From a bacterium (GTDB taxonomy: Bacteria; Sumerlaeota; Sumerlaeia; SLMS01), in NCBI GenBank assembly GCA_016125005.1, contig WGMQ01000008.1, positions 44,606 through 108,605 on the forward strand: DNA of 64,000 bases, written 5' to 3'. A program made the position numbers and the translations under genes. Shown one piece after another: positions 46,001-54,076 of the stretch. Position 1 is the stretch's first letter, and the number at the start of each line of letters is the position of its first letter. The notes beneath the pieces are model-generated. The model saw only the letters and a program-made list of their open reading frames with translations, had not been told where the DNA came from and did not search any database.

Positions 46001-48522
46001 GGAATACCATCCTCATCAAGATCGAGGAACGCCTCCAGAATGCCGTCGCCGTTGAAATCGGTGAACGCCTCAGGGATCGCGTCGCCGTCGCCGGCTCGGT
46101 CGGCGAGAGCCTCCGGAATCCCGTCGCCATCGAAGTCCTGGAGGGCGTCCGGGGTTCCGTCGCCATTGAAGTCCACCATGCCTTCGGGGATCCCATCGCC
46201 GTCGTAGTCCCGCAGCATCTCCGGCGTGCCGTCGCCGTTGAAGTCCGTGAAGACATCCGGCTTCCCATCGCCGTTGAAGTCCTCGAAAAAGTCCGGCATG
46301 CCGTTCTCGTTGAAGTCCTGCAAGCCCTCCGGAAGACCGTCGCCGTTGTAGTCACGCATGGCTTCCGGGTAGCCGGGCGGGCTGAAGACCGTCAGGAACT
46401 CCGGACGGCCGTTTCCATCATAGTCCGTCAGGCACTCCGGCTTCCCGTCGCCGTTGAAATCGGTGAAGAAGTCCCAGCGACCATCGCCATTTACATCCAG
46501 GAATGCCTCTGGACGTCCGTCGCCATTCGCATCGATGAAGGCCTCCGGGATTCCGTTGCCGTCATAGTCGAGAAGGGCCTCCGGTGTTCCGGTCCCGATG
46601 TAGCGAACAAGTACCTCTGGAACCTGATCGCCGTTTCGGTCCGTCAGTGCCTCGGGAACGCCATCTCCATCAAAGTCGTCCAGACCTTCCGGAATCCCGT
46701 TGCCGTCCCGATCGAGGAAGAAGAGCAACTGGCCATTGCCCGAGCGGTACTGAAAAGCGTCCGGAACCCCATTCCGATTAAAGTCCTCGAATGCGTCGGG
46801 CATTCCGTCCTCATCGAAATCTTCGAGCGCCTCCGGCATCCCGTTGCCGTCGAAGTCCGTGAAGACCTCGGGGATGGTGCGCCCGCTGTTGGTGATGATA
46901 AAGATCTCCACTCGCCCATCGGAATTCGTGTCGAAGTAGAGATCCGGGCTCCCGTTGCGATCGCGGTCGGCGAGCGCGTCCGGTATGCCGTCACCATCGT
47001 AGTCGGTGAAGGCCTCCGGTTTCCCGTCGCCGTCGTAGTCGGTGAAGCTCTCGTAACGTCCATCGCCATTGAAGTCCGTGAACGCTTCGGGAATGGCGTC
47101 ATTATCGCCCGGTCCTGTCCGATCCACGAAGGCATCGGGGAATCCGTTCCCGTCAAAGTCCTCCAGCGCATCGGGAATCGCGTTCCCGTTGAAATCGCGC
47201 ATCCCCTCCGGCACGCCATCACCATCGTGGTCGGTCAGGAATTCGGGTCGCCCATTGCCGTTGTAGTCCGTCAGGCACTCCGGTCGCCCATCGCCGTTGA
47301 AATCGGTGAAGAGGTCCCACTTGCCATCACCGTTGAAATCGACAAACGCCTCGGGTTTGCCGTCGCCGTTGACATCGGTGAAGACCTCGGGCTTTCCGTC
47401 CCCGTTGTAGTCGACGAAGGCCTCGGGAGTGCCGGTTCCCACGTGGCGCTTGAGCGCCTCGGGTCGACCATCGCCATCCTTGTCGGTCAGCGCCTCCGGA
47501 ACACCGTTGTCGTCGAAGTCAGCCAGCCCATCGGGGATGCCGTCCCCATCCCTGTCCATGAAGAAGAGGAGCTTCCCGTTGCCCGCGCGGAACTGGAAGG
47601 CATCCGGCACGCGTCCGGCATCCCGGTCATGGTCCTCGAAGGCATCCGGCACGCCGTCCTCGTCGAAGTCCGCCAGCGCCTCCGGCATCCCATCACCGTC
47701 GTAGTCGACGAAGGCCTCTGGCACCGCCCCTCCGTTGGTGCGCACGAAGATCTCGACCTGACCATCGGCATTCGTGTCGAAGACCAAGTCAGGGCTGCCA
47801 TCACCGTTCCGATCCTCCAGGGCATCGGGAACTCCGTCGCCGTCGAAGTCGGTGAATCCCTCGGGGATCCCGTCACCATCATAGTCGGTGAAGAATTCAC
47901 GGCGGCCATCTCCATCAAAGTCGACGAAGGCTTCGGGGATCGAGTTGCTGTCCCCAGACCGGTCCAGGAATGCCTCTGGTATGCCGTTCCCGTCATAGTC
48001 CTTCAGCGCCTCGGGCACCCCATCCCCATCGAAGTCCATCAGGGAGTAGGGAACCCCATCCGCATCCCACGAATCGAAGAAGTCGGGAACGCCGTCGCCA
48101 TCGAAGTCGGTGAAGGCATCGGGCCGCCCCAACTGGTCCTTGTCGAAATCCTCGAAGGCGTCCGGTAATCCGTTGCCGTTGTAGTCCCTGAGGATCTCGG
48201 CAAAACCATCCCCATTCGCGTCGGTCAGGGGATCCGGGAAGCCATCCTCAAATAAGTCCGAGAAGGCATCCGCCAGACCGTCGCTATTGAGATCCGCAAA
48301 GGCCTCGGGAGTGCCGTCATTGTCGAAGTCCGTGAAGCCGTCTGCCCGACCGTCATTGTCATAGTCGGCGAAGAGCACGTTGGGGAGGGCCATCGTGGCG
48401 GGCGATGTGCTCAACAATTGTGGGGGGGATGCAGCGCCGCCCGCCCCTGCGCTACCGGGGTTGGGCACGAGCAAACAAAGGAAGGCGGCAAGCGACAGCA
48501 CTGTGTTTGTCTTACTCTGCAT
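43078..48522 (-). CDS. Giant secreted protein (about 1815 aa): signal peptide, about 60 tandem Ca-binding DxDxDG (TSP3-like) 15-aa repeats, about 5 Ig/FN3-like SSTHP domains, Pro/Thr linker, C-terminal legumain-like (C13 caspase-fold) peptidase domain
   Basis: Start set at MQSKTNTVLSLAAFLC (signal peptide), immediately after the stop of the FGE gene. Repeats FTDFDGDGVPEAF... C-terminus VIIVAGGGNYLGNGIAQQTRDLANYAYRV...LLDHGE...VVDMCYAGG, matching legumain/C13 His and Cys catalytic contexts. Confidence 0.8.
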   Translation of the reverse strand: MQSKTNTVLSLAAFLCLLVPNPGSAGAGGAASPPQLLSTSPATMALPNVLFADYDNDGRADGFTDFDNDGTPEAFADLNSDGLADAFSDLFEDGFPDPLTDANGDGFAEILRDYNGNGLPDAFEDFDKDQLGRPDAFTDFDGDGVPDFFDSWDADGVPYSLMDFDGDGVPEALKDYDGNGIPEAFLDRSGDSNSIPEAFVDFDGDGRREFFTDYDGDGIPEGFTDFDGDGVPDALEDRNGDGSPDLVFDTNADGQVEIFVRTNGGAVPEAFVDYDGDGMPEALADFDEDGVPDAFEDHDRDAGRVPDAFQFRAGNGKLLFFMDRDGDGIPDGLADFDDNGVPEALTDKDGDGRPEALKRHVGTGTPEAFVDYNGDGKPEVFTDVNGDGKPEAFVDFNGDGKWDLFTDFNGDGRPECLTDYNGNGRPEFLTDHDGDGVPEGMRDFNGNAIPDALEDFDGNGFPDAFVDRTGPGDNDAIPEAFTDFNGDGRYESFTDYDGDGKPEAFTDYDGDGIPDALADRDRNGSPDLYFDTNSDGRVEIFIITNSGRTIPEVFTDFDGNGMPEALEDFDEDGMPDAFEDFNRNGVPDAFQYRSGNGQLLFFLDRDGNGIPEGLDDFDGDGVPEALTDRNGDQVPEVLVRYIGTGTPEALLDYDGNGIPEAFIDANGDGRPEAFLDVNGDGRWDFFTDFNGDGKPECLTDYDGNGRPEFLTVFSPPGYPEAMRDYNGDGLPEGLQDFNENGMPDFFEDFNGDGKPDVFTDFNGDGTPEMLRDYDGDGIPEGMVDFNGDGTPDALQDFDGDGIPEALADRAGDGDAIPEAFTDFNGDGILEAFLDLDEDGIPEAFTDYDGDGIAEGFTDYDGDGIAEAFTDYDGDRVFEAFLDLDGNGLADAFEDRDGNGVRDGFDDQNGNLLPDFFEDRYYRLISPSHPTQKYGFHQPNFSITWPNFQVGGTGRFFQLLDRSPSTTVTFLNGELTQRRDFAQLNLTPGLWYYHLVPLDQDNNTIPSRQVTWLIRVAGAPVVSSSTHPNSSQPFLNREFIANILPPAGIPSDSYTRFRMRIDSSPETQLSADDFTTANAQVRFGPFASGWYWLHVQAEDRLGNWSETTHHGFIVTEATPSVTSSTHPDQGREYAAREVTASWTPPVLRQDKGLAAPDTTAGFYYLLSDQSSEDPLSRGTFTTSSGGNFSGLLPGTHYLHVRYQDQYGLLSPTTSFRINIRSGAAAPLVSSSTHPSRITAYARRDALAALVDPDATATRFVYTVDQEPDTMPGESDDSTTGTLLNVGLLPVGTSYLHVRSVTRYGELSDVAHFPIHIRLVAAPVIQSSSHPDPRNAYGRNLVFGWSVAEPAYLDGNYFFELDSNEDTIPTETSRTTRNLFLNQPGQADGTYWLHLRARDIYGDLTDVSRFRVTVNCCVPGAPPTPTPSPTPVPTPVPSQRTKEKVIIVAGGGNYLGNGIAQQTRDLANYAYRVATSRGISADNILYLSAFGATAGVDGPATRASLEQGMSSWARDARKVTVFLLDHGERVGTDDWLFLLDGTTVPREGLLASQFDGWLDAVQSGTDPLTELAVVVDMCYAGGFVARCAGSPPGTRRLVIASTEIDRLASYGGAVGNVSFIHSFLSSVFSGLDFNSSYAVARGFIVAMNTPIDAPQRPIFDDDGDGVQTGRDGLVAINWRIGEVASFAALPPELLNARPDATIEEPTDFELWCQLGPNDSGTVRAYVAFGRPLAGEGNPITGYIEIPLGPDPTTPGRWIGLLPAERLQWSGSYSILYTVERQAAGVPDLLLQAIPIGRSLTVVEGLDPSSREGWMMR
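45980..48410 (-). repeat. Tandem array of about 45-bp coding repeats (DxDxDGxPE Ca-binding loops) inside the giant gene
   Basis: More than 50 consecutive 15-codon units share the D-[FY]-[DN]-G-[DN]-G-x-P-[ED]-[AG]-[FL] pattern. Approximate boundaries. Confidence 0.7.
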
Positions 48523-49657
48523 GATCCTCGCCTCCCTTCTCCTCACCAGATGGGGGAACTTCCGAAGACTTGGTCCCAGGGAGACTTGCACCGGCGGGGA
48601 TATAAAGGCGGAAACCAACCTCGTCCGAGGTGGCATCGCGAAGGATCGCGCGACGCTCGCTGGCTCCGCACCACTGGAAGGGAGAATTCCAACTGCCGCC
48701 CTTGGCAATGGTCGGTGAATCGGTGAACTCCCAAACATTCCCGTGCATGTCGTAGAGGCCCCAGGCGTTGGGTCGCTTACGGCCCACGGTCGACGGCCCC
48801 GATGAACTATTGTCGAGAGACCAGCACAGGGCACTCGTCGACGGAGGAGCCGCTCCACCCATGGTGGCATTAACGGTGAAGTCGGCGAACTCCCCCGTGC
48901 CACCGGCCCGACAAGCGTACTCCCACGCGGCTTCGCTCGGGAGCGAAAGCGCCGCGATGCCGGTCTTGGCGCGCAATCGCTGGAAAAAACCAGCGCCGTA
49001 ATCGCCACCGTTGGTCAATTCATCCCACGAGATCCCCGTCGCCGGATAGGAACCGGATGTGCCCGGCAGTTCCCCTGTCACTCGTGCATACTCCTCAGCC
49101 GTAACCTCATAGGCGCCCATCCAGGATCCATCAGGAAGCTCTCGAAGCACGAGTTCCCAACTGTTGGGGAAAGGCTTGGTTTCGGAGTACGTAACCGGGT
49201 AGCCTGTTGATGAAGGGCCACTTGCAACGCTGATTCCCATGTACCTGCCCGGGGCGATTCTCCCCGTGTCGCTGGCACGGACGTATAGTTGAATGTCACT
49301 CCGCGAGAAAACATAGGGAATGTCCGCCGAGGCCAGCCAGGTCAGTCGATAGGTCCCTGGTGCGAAACGTTTGTTGGTCCAGCTACGCCCCGGCACGCCA
49401 AGCGTGCTGATCTCGTACCATGTCAGAGACGAGGCCGGATTGGTTCCGTACCCGTCCGCGTTCGGCGCGTGAGTCCACAGGTCCAGCCAGCACGAGTCAC
49501 CATCCGCATCAGCCAGCGTGAAGGTGATGTCGACCCGGCGCAGGTTGGCCTGTCCCGTCACGGTGTATGATACATTAGAAACGACCGGGTCAGCCGCCAG
49601 CGCCGCAAACGGCAGGCAGGCCAGTGCCAAAATTCCCATCAATCTGGGTATCATCAT
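48512..49657 (-). CDS. Secreted FGE/SUMF1-domain (formylglycine-generating-enzyme-like) protein
   Basis: Signal peptide MMIPRLMGILALACLPFAALA. FGE-sulfatase domain motifs PSEAAWEYACRAGGTGEF and RKRPNAWGLYDMHGNVWEFT. Its stop overlaps the start region of the giant gene. Confidence 0.8.
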   Translation of the reverse strand: MMIPRLMGILALACLPFAALAADPVVSNVSYTVTGQANLRRVDITFTLADADGDSCWLDLWTHAPNADGYGTNPASSLTWYEISTLGVPGRSWTNKRFAPGTYRLTWLASADIPYVFSRSDIQLYVRASDTGRIAPGRYMGISVASGPSSTGYPVTYSETKPFPNSWELVLRELPDGSWMGAYEVTAEEYARVTGELPGTSGSYPATGISWDELTNGGDYGAGFFQRLRAKTGIAALSLPSEAAWEYACRAGGTGEFADFTVNATMGGAAPPSTSALCWSLDNSSSGPSTVGRKRPNAWGLYDMHGNVWEFTDSPTIAKGGSWNSPFQWCGASERRAILRDATSDEVGFRLYIPAGASLPGTKSSEVPPSGEEKGGEDHAE

Positions 49658-49781
49658 CGGCTCGCGGCCCCTCCTATGCGGCAGTGGTGCACACCAGGAC
49701 TTAATTCAGTGTGCACATTTTTTGCCGCAACCTGACACGGAGGTCAATAGCTACTGGGGAGTGAGTCAGCGGGCGGACCGC

Positions 49782-50990
49782 TCAGAAATTGAACTGGTGA
49801 AACGAGCCACCGCCCCCCTCGTCGAAGAACTCGCCGAAGTACATGATCAGCGCGATCACGATGATCGCCGCCAGCACCGCCAGCGTGATCTTGATCCAGC
49901 TCCAGGGACGTTCCCCCTGCACCTCGCCCGTCTGCGCGTTGATGAGTACGCGAAACGTCTTCTGGTGGTACTGGTACGCCGACAGCCAGATCGGTAGCAG
50001 CAGGTGCTTGAAGGTGATGCCGGTATAGCTCGTGTCCATGCTGCTGATTGTTTGCACATCGCCGCCGATGTCGCGACGGATCAGCATCTCGATGGTCGGC
50101 TTCATGAAGTCCTTGGCGCGATCGAAACCCTGCTCGGCATCCACCTGATAGCGCTCCACGCGGAATCCCGTCACCAGTTCCGGTTGGTAGTCCTTCACCT
50201 GATGCAGTTCCCACGGCTCCAGCGCATGGACCAGCTTGTCGGGAAGCCCCTGCGAGGCGCAGACGAGCACATCATCGAACCAGTGCTGCACACGCCCGCT
50301 GGCCGGGCGCCAGCGCGTCTTCTGCACCGTGCGGGTGTTCCCTTTGCTGTCGCGCACCGTCTCGTAATAATGATCCCCGCGCATCCCCGTATAGAACGTC
50401 ACCGTATAGCTGTCGTAGGTCCAGAAGGGGACGTACATGCCGTCTATACGACCAAGGTTGGCGAGCTTCTTCAGGTCGTTGGGGGCGAACCACCGGCTTG
50501 CAACCCACTTCGAGAAAAGGTCGCGCGCCTCCTTGTTCTCGACGCGAAACGGGAGGACCCCCTGCGGTGCCATCATGGGGCGGTCGCTGCGGACAGGGTT
50601 CTCGACGGGCGTGCCGCAGAACGTGCAGCGATCCGCCGCGACCGACGCGGGAATCATCGAGACCGCCGCGCACTTGGGACACTTTACCTCCAGCGCCCCG
50701 TTGCCGATGACCTCGGGCACCAGCCGCGCGTTGTGGAAGTATTCCTTGTAGGAAAGCTCCCGCACCTCCTCGCGCGTGGTGGGGATCTGCTGTGAATTGC
50801 CGCAGTAGGGGCACTTCAGCGCGGTCTGTCCGGGGGCGAACTCGAGCGCCGCGCCGCAGCCGCTGCACGGGAAGTGATGGTCCTTCCGTTCCGGCGCGAT
50901 GCGCTGCACCACAGGCGCGGTGCGCTCTTCGGTGGCGCGTCGCTTCGACGGCTTGGGTGGTGGCGTGAAGGGGTAGGGATTCAACTCCAT
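49782..50990 (-). CDS. Double zinc-ribbon protein with C-terminal TM anchor
   Basis: CSGCGAALEF...CPYCGN and CPKCAAVS...CTFCGTPV. C-terminal hydrophobic helix ITLAVLAAIIVIALIMYF. Confidence 0.5.
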   Translation of the reverse strand: MELNPYPFTPPPKPSKRRATEERTAPVVQRIAPERKDHHFPCSGCGAALEFAPGQTALKCPYCGNSQQIPTTREEVRELSYKEYFHNARLVPEVIGNGALEVKCPKCAAVSMIPASVAADRCTFCGTPVENPVRSDRPMMAPQGVLPFRVENKEARDLFSKWVASRWFAPNDLKKLANLGRIDGMYVPFWTYDSYTVTFYTGMRGDHYYETVRDSKGNTRTVQKTRWRPASGRVQHWFDDVLVCASQGLPDKLVHALEPWELHQVKDYQPELVTGFRVERYQVDAEQGFDRAKDFMKPTIEMLIRRDIGGDVQTISSMDTSYTGITFKHLLLPIWLSAYQYHQKTFRVLINAQTGEVQGERPWSWIKITLAVLAAIIVIALIMYFGEFFDEGGGGSFHQFNF

Positions 50991-50996
50991 CGGGGG

Positions 50997-52163
50997 TCAG
51001 AGGGACGGCGGAAAGGGTGGCGGCACCGCCGCGAAAAGCGACGCCAGCTCGGGAAGCGTTCCCGCGGCAACCCAACCCGCCATGCCCGCCTTCCAGACCA
51101 GCGTGTCGCGTCCGACGCGACCCTGCTGCACGGCAGCGGCCAGCGCCGCCGCATCGAAAGGACCGGCCTGCTGGCCGTTGATGCCCGCAAACCACTGCGC
51201 GGCCGCCGGGAGCGGCGGCGGTGCAGCGGGAGGGGTCGCTTGCGGCGCCATCGCACTGGCTACCTGTTGTCCGATGGCCATGCCGGCGCCAAGACCCATC
51301 CCGACGCCCGCTCCGCCACCCGGATTGCCCGCCGCGAGCGTGATCGCGTTGGCCGCCTGGAGCTTCGTGTACTGGTCGAGGTTCCCGAGGATCCCCATCG
51401 AGGCGCGCTTGTCCAGCACCCCCTCCAGTTCCGGCGGCAGCGAGATATTCTCGATCACAAACATCGGGAAGGAGAGCCCCATCGGGGCGAACTCCTCGTT
51501 GAGTCGCTTCTGGATCAGGCCACTGAATTGGTCGAGGCTCGCCGCCATGTCGAGCACCGGCACACCCGCCGCGGCCACGGCCTGCGTGAAGCGCGTCACC
51601 ACGCTGCTACGCAGTTGCTCGGCGATTTCATAGGTCTGGAGCGCCGGGTCCGTGGACACCAGTTCGCGTAGCAGCTTGACCGGGTCGCTCACCTGGATTG
51701 CATAGCTGCCGAACGCTCGCACCCGCACGGGGCCGAACTCCGCGTCGCGAATCATGATGGGGTTTTGCGTCCCCCACTTCATGCCGGTGAAACGGCGCGT
51801 CGAGACGTAGTAAACGTCCGCCTTGAAGGGGGACTCGAAGCCGTGCTTCCACCCCTGCAACGTGCCGAGGATCGGCAGCACGCGCGTTTCCAGCGTGTAG
51901 GTCCCGGGGCCGAAGCTGTCGCCGATGAAGCCATAGGTCTGGCCGTTGGCGGTCTCGATGGCAACCATCTGCGGCGGCACGTTGGCCGCGGGGAGCGCGC
52001 CCATGCTCAGGAACAGCGCCCGCTGTCCCTCGCGGACGATGAGCTTCGCCCCGTTCTTGATCGAGTTGTTCCGATGCGGGAATTTCCAGCAGAGCGTGTC
52101 GTCCTCGTTCTGCTGCTGCCACTCGATGATCTCGATGAATTCGTTGGTCAGGAATCCGAACAT
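50997..52163 (-). CDS. SPFH/Band-7-like (virion-core-protein-type) protein with C-terminal DUF4339 (GYF-like) domain
   Basis: N-terminus MFGFLTNEFIEIIEWQ is typical of this SPFH subfamily. C-terminus WFAGINGQQAGPFDAAALAAAVQQGRVGRDTLVWKAGMAGW (DUF4339-like). The start was moved to an ATG with a GGAGG RBS. Confidence 0.65.
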   Translation of the reverse strand: MFGFLTNEFIEIIEWQQQNEDDTLCWKFPHRNNSIKNGAKLIVREGQRALFLSMGALPAANVPPQMVAIETANGQTYGFIGDSFGPGTYTLETRVLPILGTLQGWKHGFESPFKADVYYVSTRRFTGMKWGTQNPIMIRDAEFGPVRVRAFGSYAIQVSDPVKLLRELVSTDPALQTYEIAEQLRSSVVTRFTQAVAAAGVPVLDMAASLDQFSGLIQKRLNEEFAPMGLSFPMFVIENISLPPELEGVLDKRASMGILGNLDQYTKLQAANAITLAAGNPGGGAGVGMGLGAGMAIGQQVASAMAPQATPPAAPPPLPAAAQWFAGINGQQAGPFDAAALAAAVQQGRVGRDTLVWKAGMAGWVAAGTLPELASLFAAVPPPFPPSL

Positions 52164-52215
52164 GGTGGGCCTCCGGCGATGGGCTGGCTGTACTACGCTC
52201 ACCGAACAGGTTTAT

Positions 52216-52605
52216 TCAATCCTCACCGCGGGGCAACACCGCTTTGGGATCAGGCCCATCGCTGGGCGAGGTCGTCGCCGCCTTGAATCGGCTTCCCCAT
52301 GCACGGAGCGTTTCGATCGACGGGATCGTGGTCATGCCAAGCTCGGTGATGCAGTACTCAACCTGAGGCGGGTTGGTGGGGTGGACCTTGCGGGAAATGA
52401 GACCGTCACTCTCCATCTCCCGCAGTTGCTCGGCCAGGGTCTTGTCCCTCACCCCCGGGCCGAGACTGCGTCGCAACTCTGCGTACCGAAGGTTCTGCTC
52501 CTTCAACCGCCACAGGATCGGCATCTTCCACTTTCCGCCGATCACGTCGAGTGCCAACTCCACAGGATTCTCGTACTTCTTGCCGCGATGGACAAAGGCG
52601 GGCAT
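52216..52605 (-). CDS. HxlR-family transcriptional regulator
   Basis: ALDVIGGKWKMPILWRL...LREMESDGLISRKVHPTNPPQVEYCITELG. It is divergent from the DJ-1 fusion gene. Confidence 0.8.
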   Translation of the reverse strand: MPAFVHRGKKYENPVELALDVIGGKWKMPILWRLKEQNLRYAELRRSLGPGVRDKTLAEQLREMESDGLISRKVHPTNPPQVEYCITELGMTTIPSIETLRAWGSRFKAATTSPSDGPDPKAVLPRGED

Positions 52606-52707
52606 CCGGACTTACCTCGACGTGAGTTCCTAACTTACAGGTGCATTCTTGACGGCTGGACCAAACGAGCCTACAACACCACTCATCCTGCCTGTGGAGC
52701 AAAAAGT

Positions 52708-54069
52708 ATGAGCCGAAGAGTCCTGATGATCGTTTCCAGCCCGGCCGTTTCGTCGCTGACCGGCTGGCCCGTTGGTTTTTGGGCGTCCGAGCTGATTCAC
52801 CCCTGGCATGAGTTCATCATCCGTGGATACGATGTCACGATCGCCAGCCCCCGTGGGGGAGCCGTGATTCTGGATCCGTGGTCCGACCCTCGTGACCCGT
52901 CCGGCTACTCCAAAGACGACCTGCTCAGCCTCCAGTACCTCAGCGACCCCGCCTTTGTCGCCCGCCTTCAGTCGACAGCGCCAATCGCTGACATGAAGAT
53001 GGACGACTTCGACGCGATCGTCGTGACCGGCGGTCAGGGGCCGATGTTCACCTTTGCCGACGAGAAACCGCTCCATCGGCTCTTCGAGGATTTTCATTAT
53101 CGGGGGAAAGTGGCCGCAGCGCTCTGTCACGGGACTTCGCTGCTGCTCCACCTCACCAAGCCCGATGGCTCGCCCTTCGTTTCAGGGATGCGCATGACCG
53201 GATTCACCAACACGGAGGAGGAGTACGCCGCCGCCGCAGTGGGTCAAAAGCTGGTCCCGTTTCAGATCGAGGACGAGGCGCGTCGACTCGGCGCGGACTT
53301 CGTTGCCGGCAAGGCCTTCGCCCCCCACGCGATCCGCGACGGAAATCTGGTGACCGGACAACAGCAGCATAGTGGCCGCGAGGTCGCGACACTGGTCATC
53401 GATGCCCTGGAGAACGGGGCGCCGATGAATATCGCCTTCATCGGCATCGGCAAGGTGGGGGCCGCGCTCGCCGAGGCACTGTCGCGTGCGGGGAATCAAA
53501 TCCTTGTGGGCGCGAAACCCGACTCCGCTTCCGCCCGAGAGGTAACATCGGCCAATCCCCACTACAACCACCTCCCACCGGAGGCCGCGGTGGCGCGCGC
53601 ATCGGTCGTGTTTCTTGCCACGCCCTTTGGCGCCGCGGAGGAAGCACTCAAGCCGCTGGCCGAATCCCTCGCGGGCAAGATTCTGGTCGATTGCACCAAC
53701 CCCGTCGGCGCCGGACTTTCCCATGCGCTCGACAGCCGGACTTCCGGGTCGGAGCTGATTCAGCGTCTGGTGCCCGGAGCCCGAGTCGTCAAAGCATTCA
53801 CCGTCTATGGGTACGAGAACTTTGCCGATGCCCAATACCCCGGTTACGGCTCGCTCCTGCCGGGGATGCCCATCACGGGCGATGATCCCGGCGCAAAGCG
53901 TGTGGTCGCGCGCCTGTGCCGACAGGTCGGCTTCGAAGCCATCGATGCGGGCGCGCTTTCGTGCAGCGTACACCTCGAGCACGCCACCTTGCTTTGGATC
54001 AAGATGGCACGGGTCAACGGCTACGGAAACGGATTCACCTGGGGATTCCTCCGCCGGGAGAACCGTTAA
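52708..54069 (+). CDS. Fusion: DJ-1/PfpI-family (class I glutamine-amidotransferase-like, Cys nucleophile) + NADP(H)-binding F420_oxidored/ProC-like Rossmann reductase domain
   Basis: N-terminus AAALCHGTSLL (nucleophile elbow). C-terminus MNIAFIGIGKVGAALAEALSRAGNQILVGA (GxGxxG). There is no stop between the domains. GGAG RBS before the ATG at 52708. The part of the track ORF upstream of this is an over-extension. Confidence 0.7.
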   Translation: MSRRVLMIVSSPAVSSLTGWPVGFWASELIHPWHEFIIRGYDVTIASPRGGAVILDPWSDPRDPSGYSKDDLLSLQYLSDPAFVARLQSTAPIADMKMDDFDAIVVTGGQGPMFTFADEKPLHRLFEDFHYRGKVAAALCHGTSLLLHLTKPDGSPFVSGMRMTGFTNTEEEYAAAAVGQKLVPFQIEDEARRLGADFVAGKAFAPHAIRDGNLVTGQQQHSGREVATLVIDALENGAPMNIAFIGIGKVGAALAEALSRAGNQILVGAKPDSASAREVTSANPHYNHLPPEAAVARASVVFLATPFGAAEEALKPLAESLAGKILVDCTNPVGAGLSHALDSRTSGSELIQRLVPGARVVKAFTVYGYENFADAQYPGYGSLLPGMPITGDDPGAKRVVARLCRQVGFEAIDAGALSCSVHLEHATLLWIKMARVNGYGNGFTWGFLRRENR

Positions 54070-54076
54070 GCGCGGA

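Noticed and set aside
45196-48168. Multiple 100-310-aa plus-strand ORFs inside the giant gene
   Set aside because: They are reverse-frame translations of the 45-bp tandem repeat array, so they inherit pseudo-periodicity but not coding evidence.
50272-51195. 307-aa minus-strand alternative-frame ORF and 265/263-aa plus-strand ORFs
   Set aside because: They overlap the zinc-ribbon and SPFH genes in other frames and have Arg/Gly-rich low-complexity translations.
51946-52707. N-terminal about 250 codons of the track ORF 51946-54069
   Set aside because: They run antisense through the SPFH gene and the hxlR gene. The real start, with RBS and DJ-1 domain, is at 52708.
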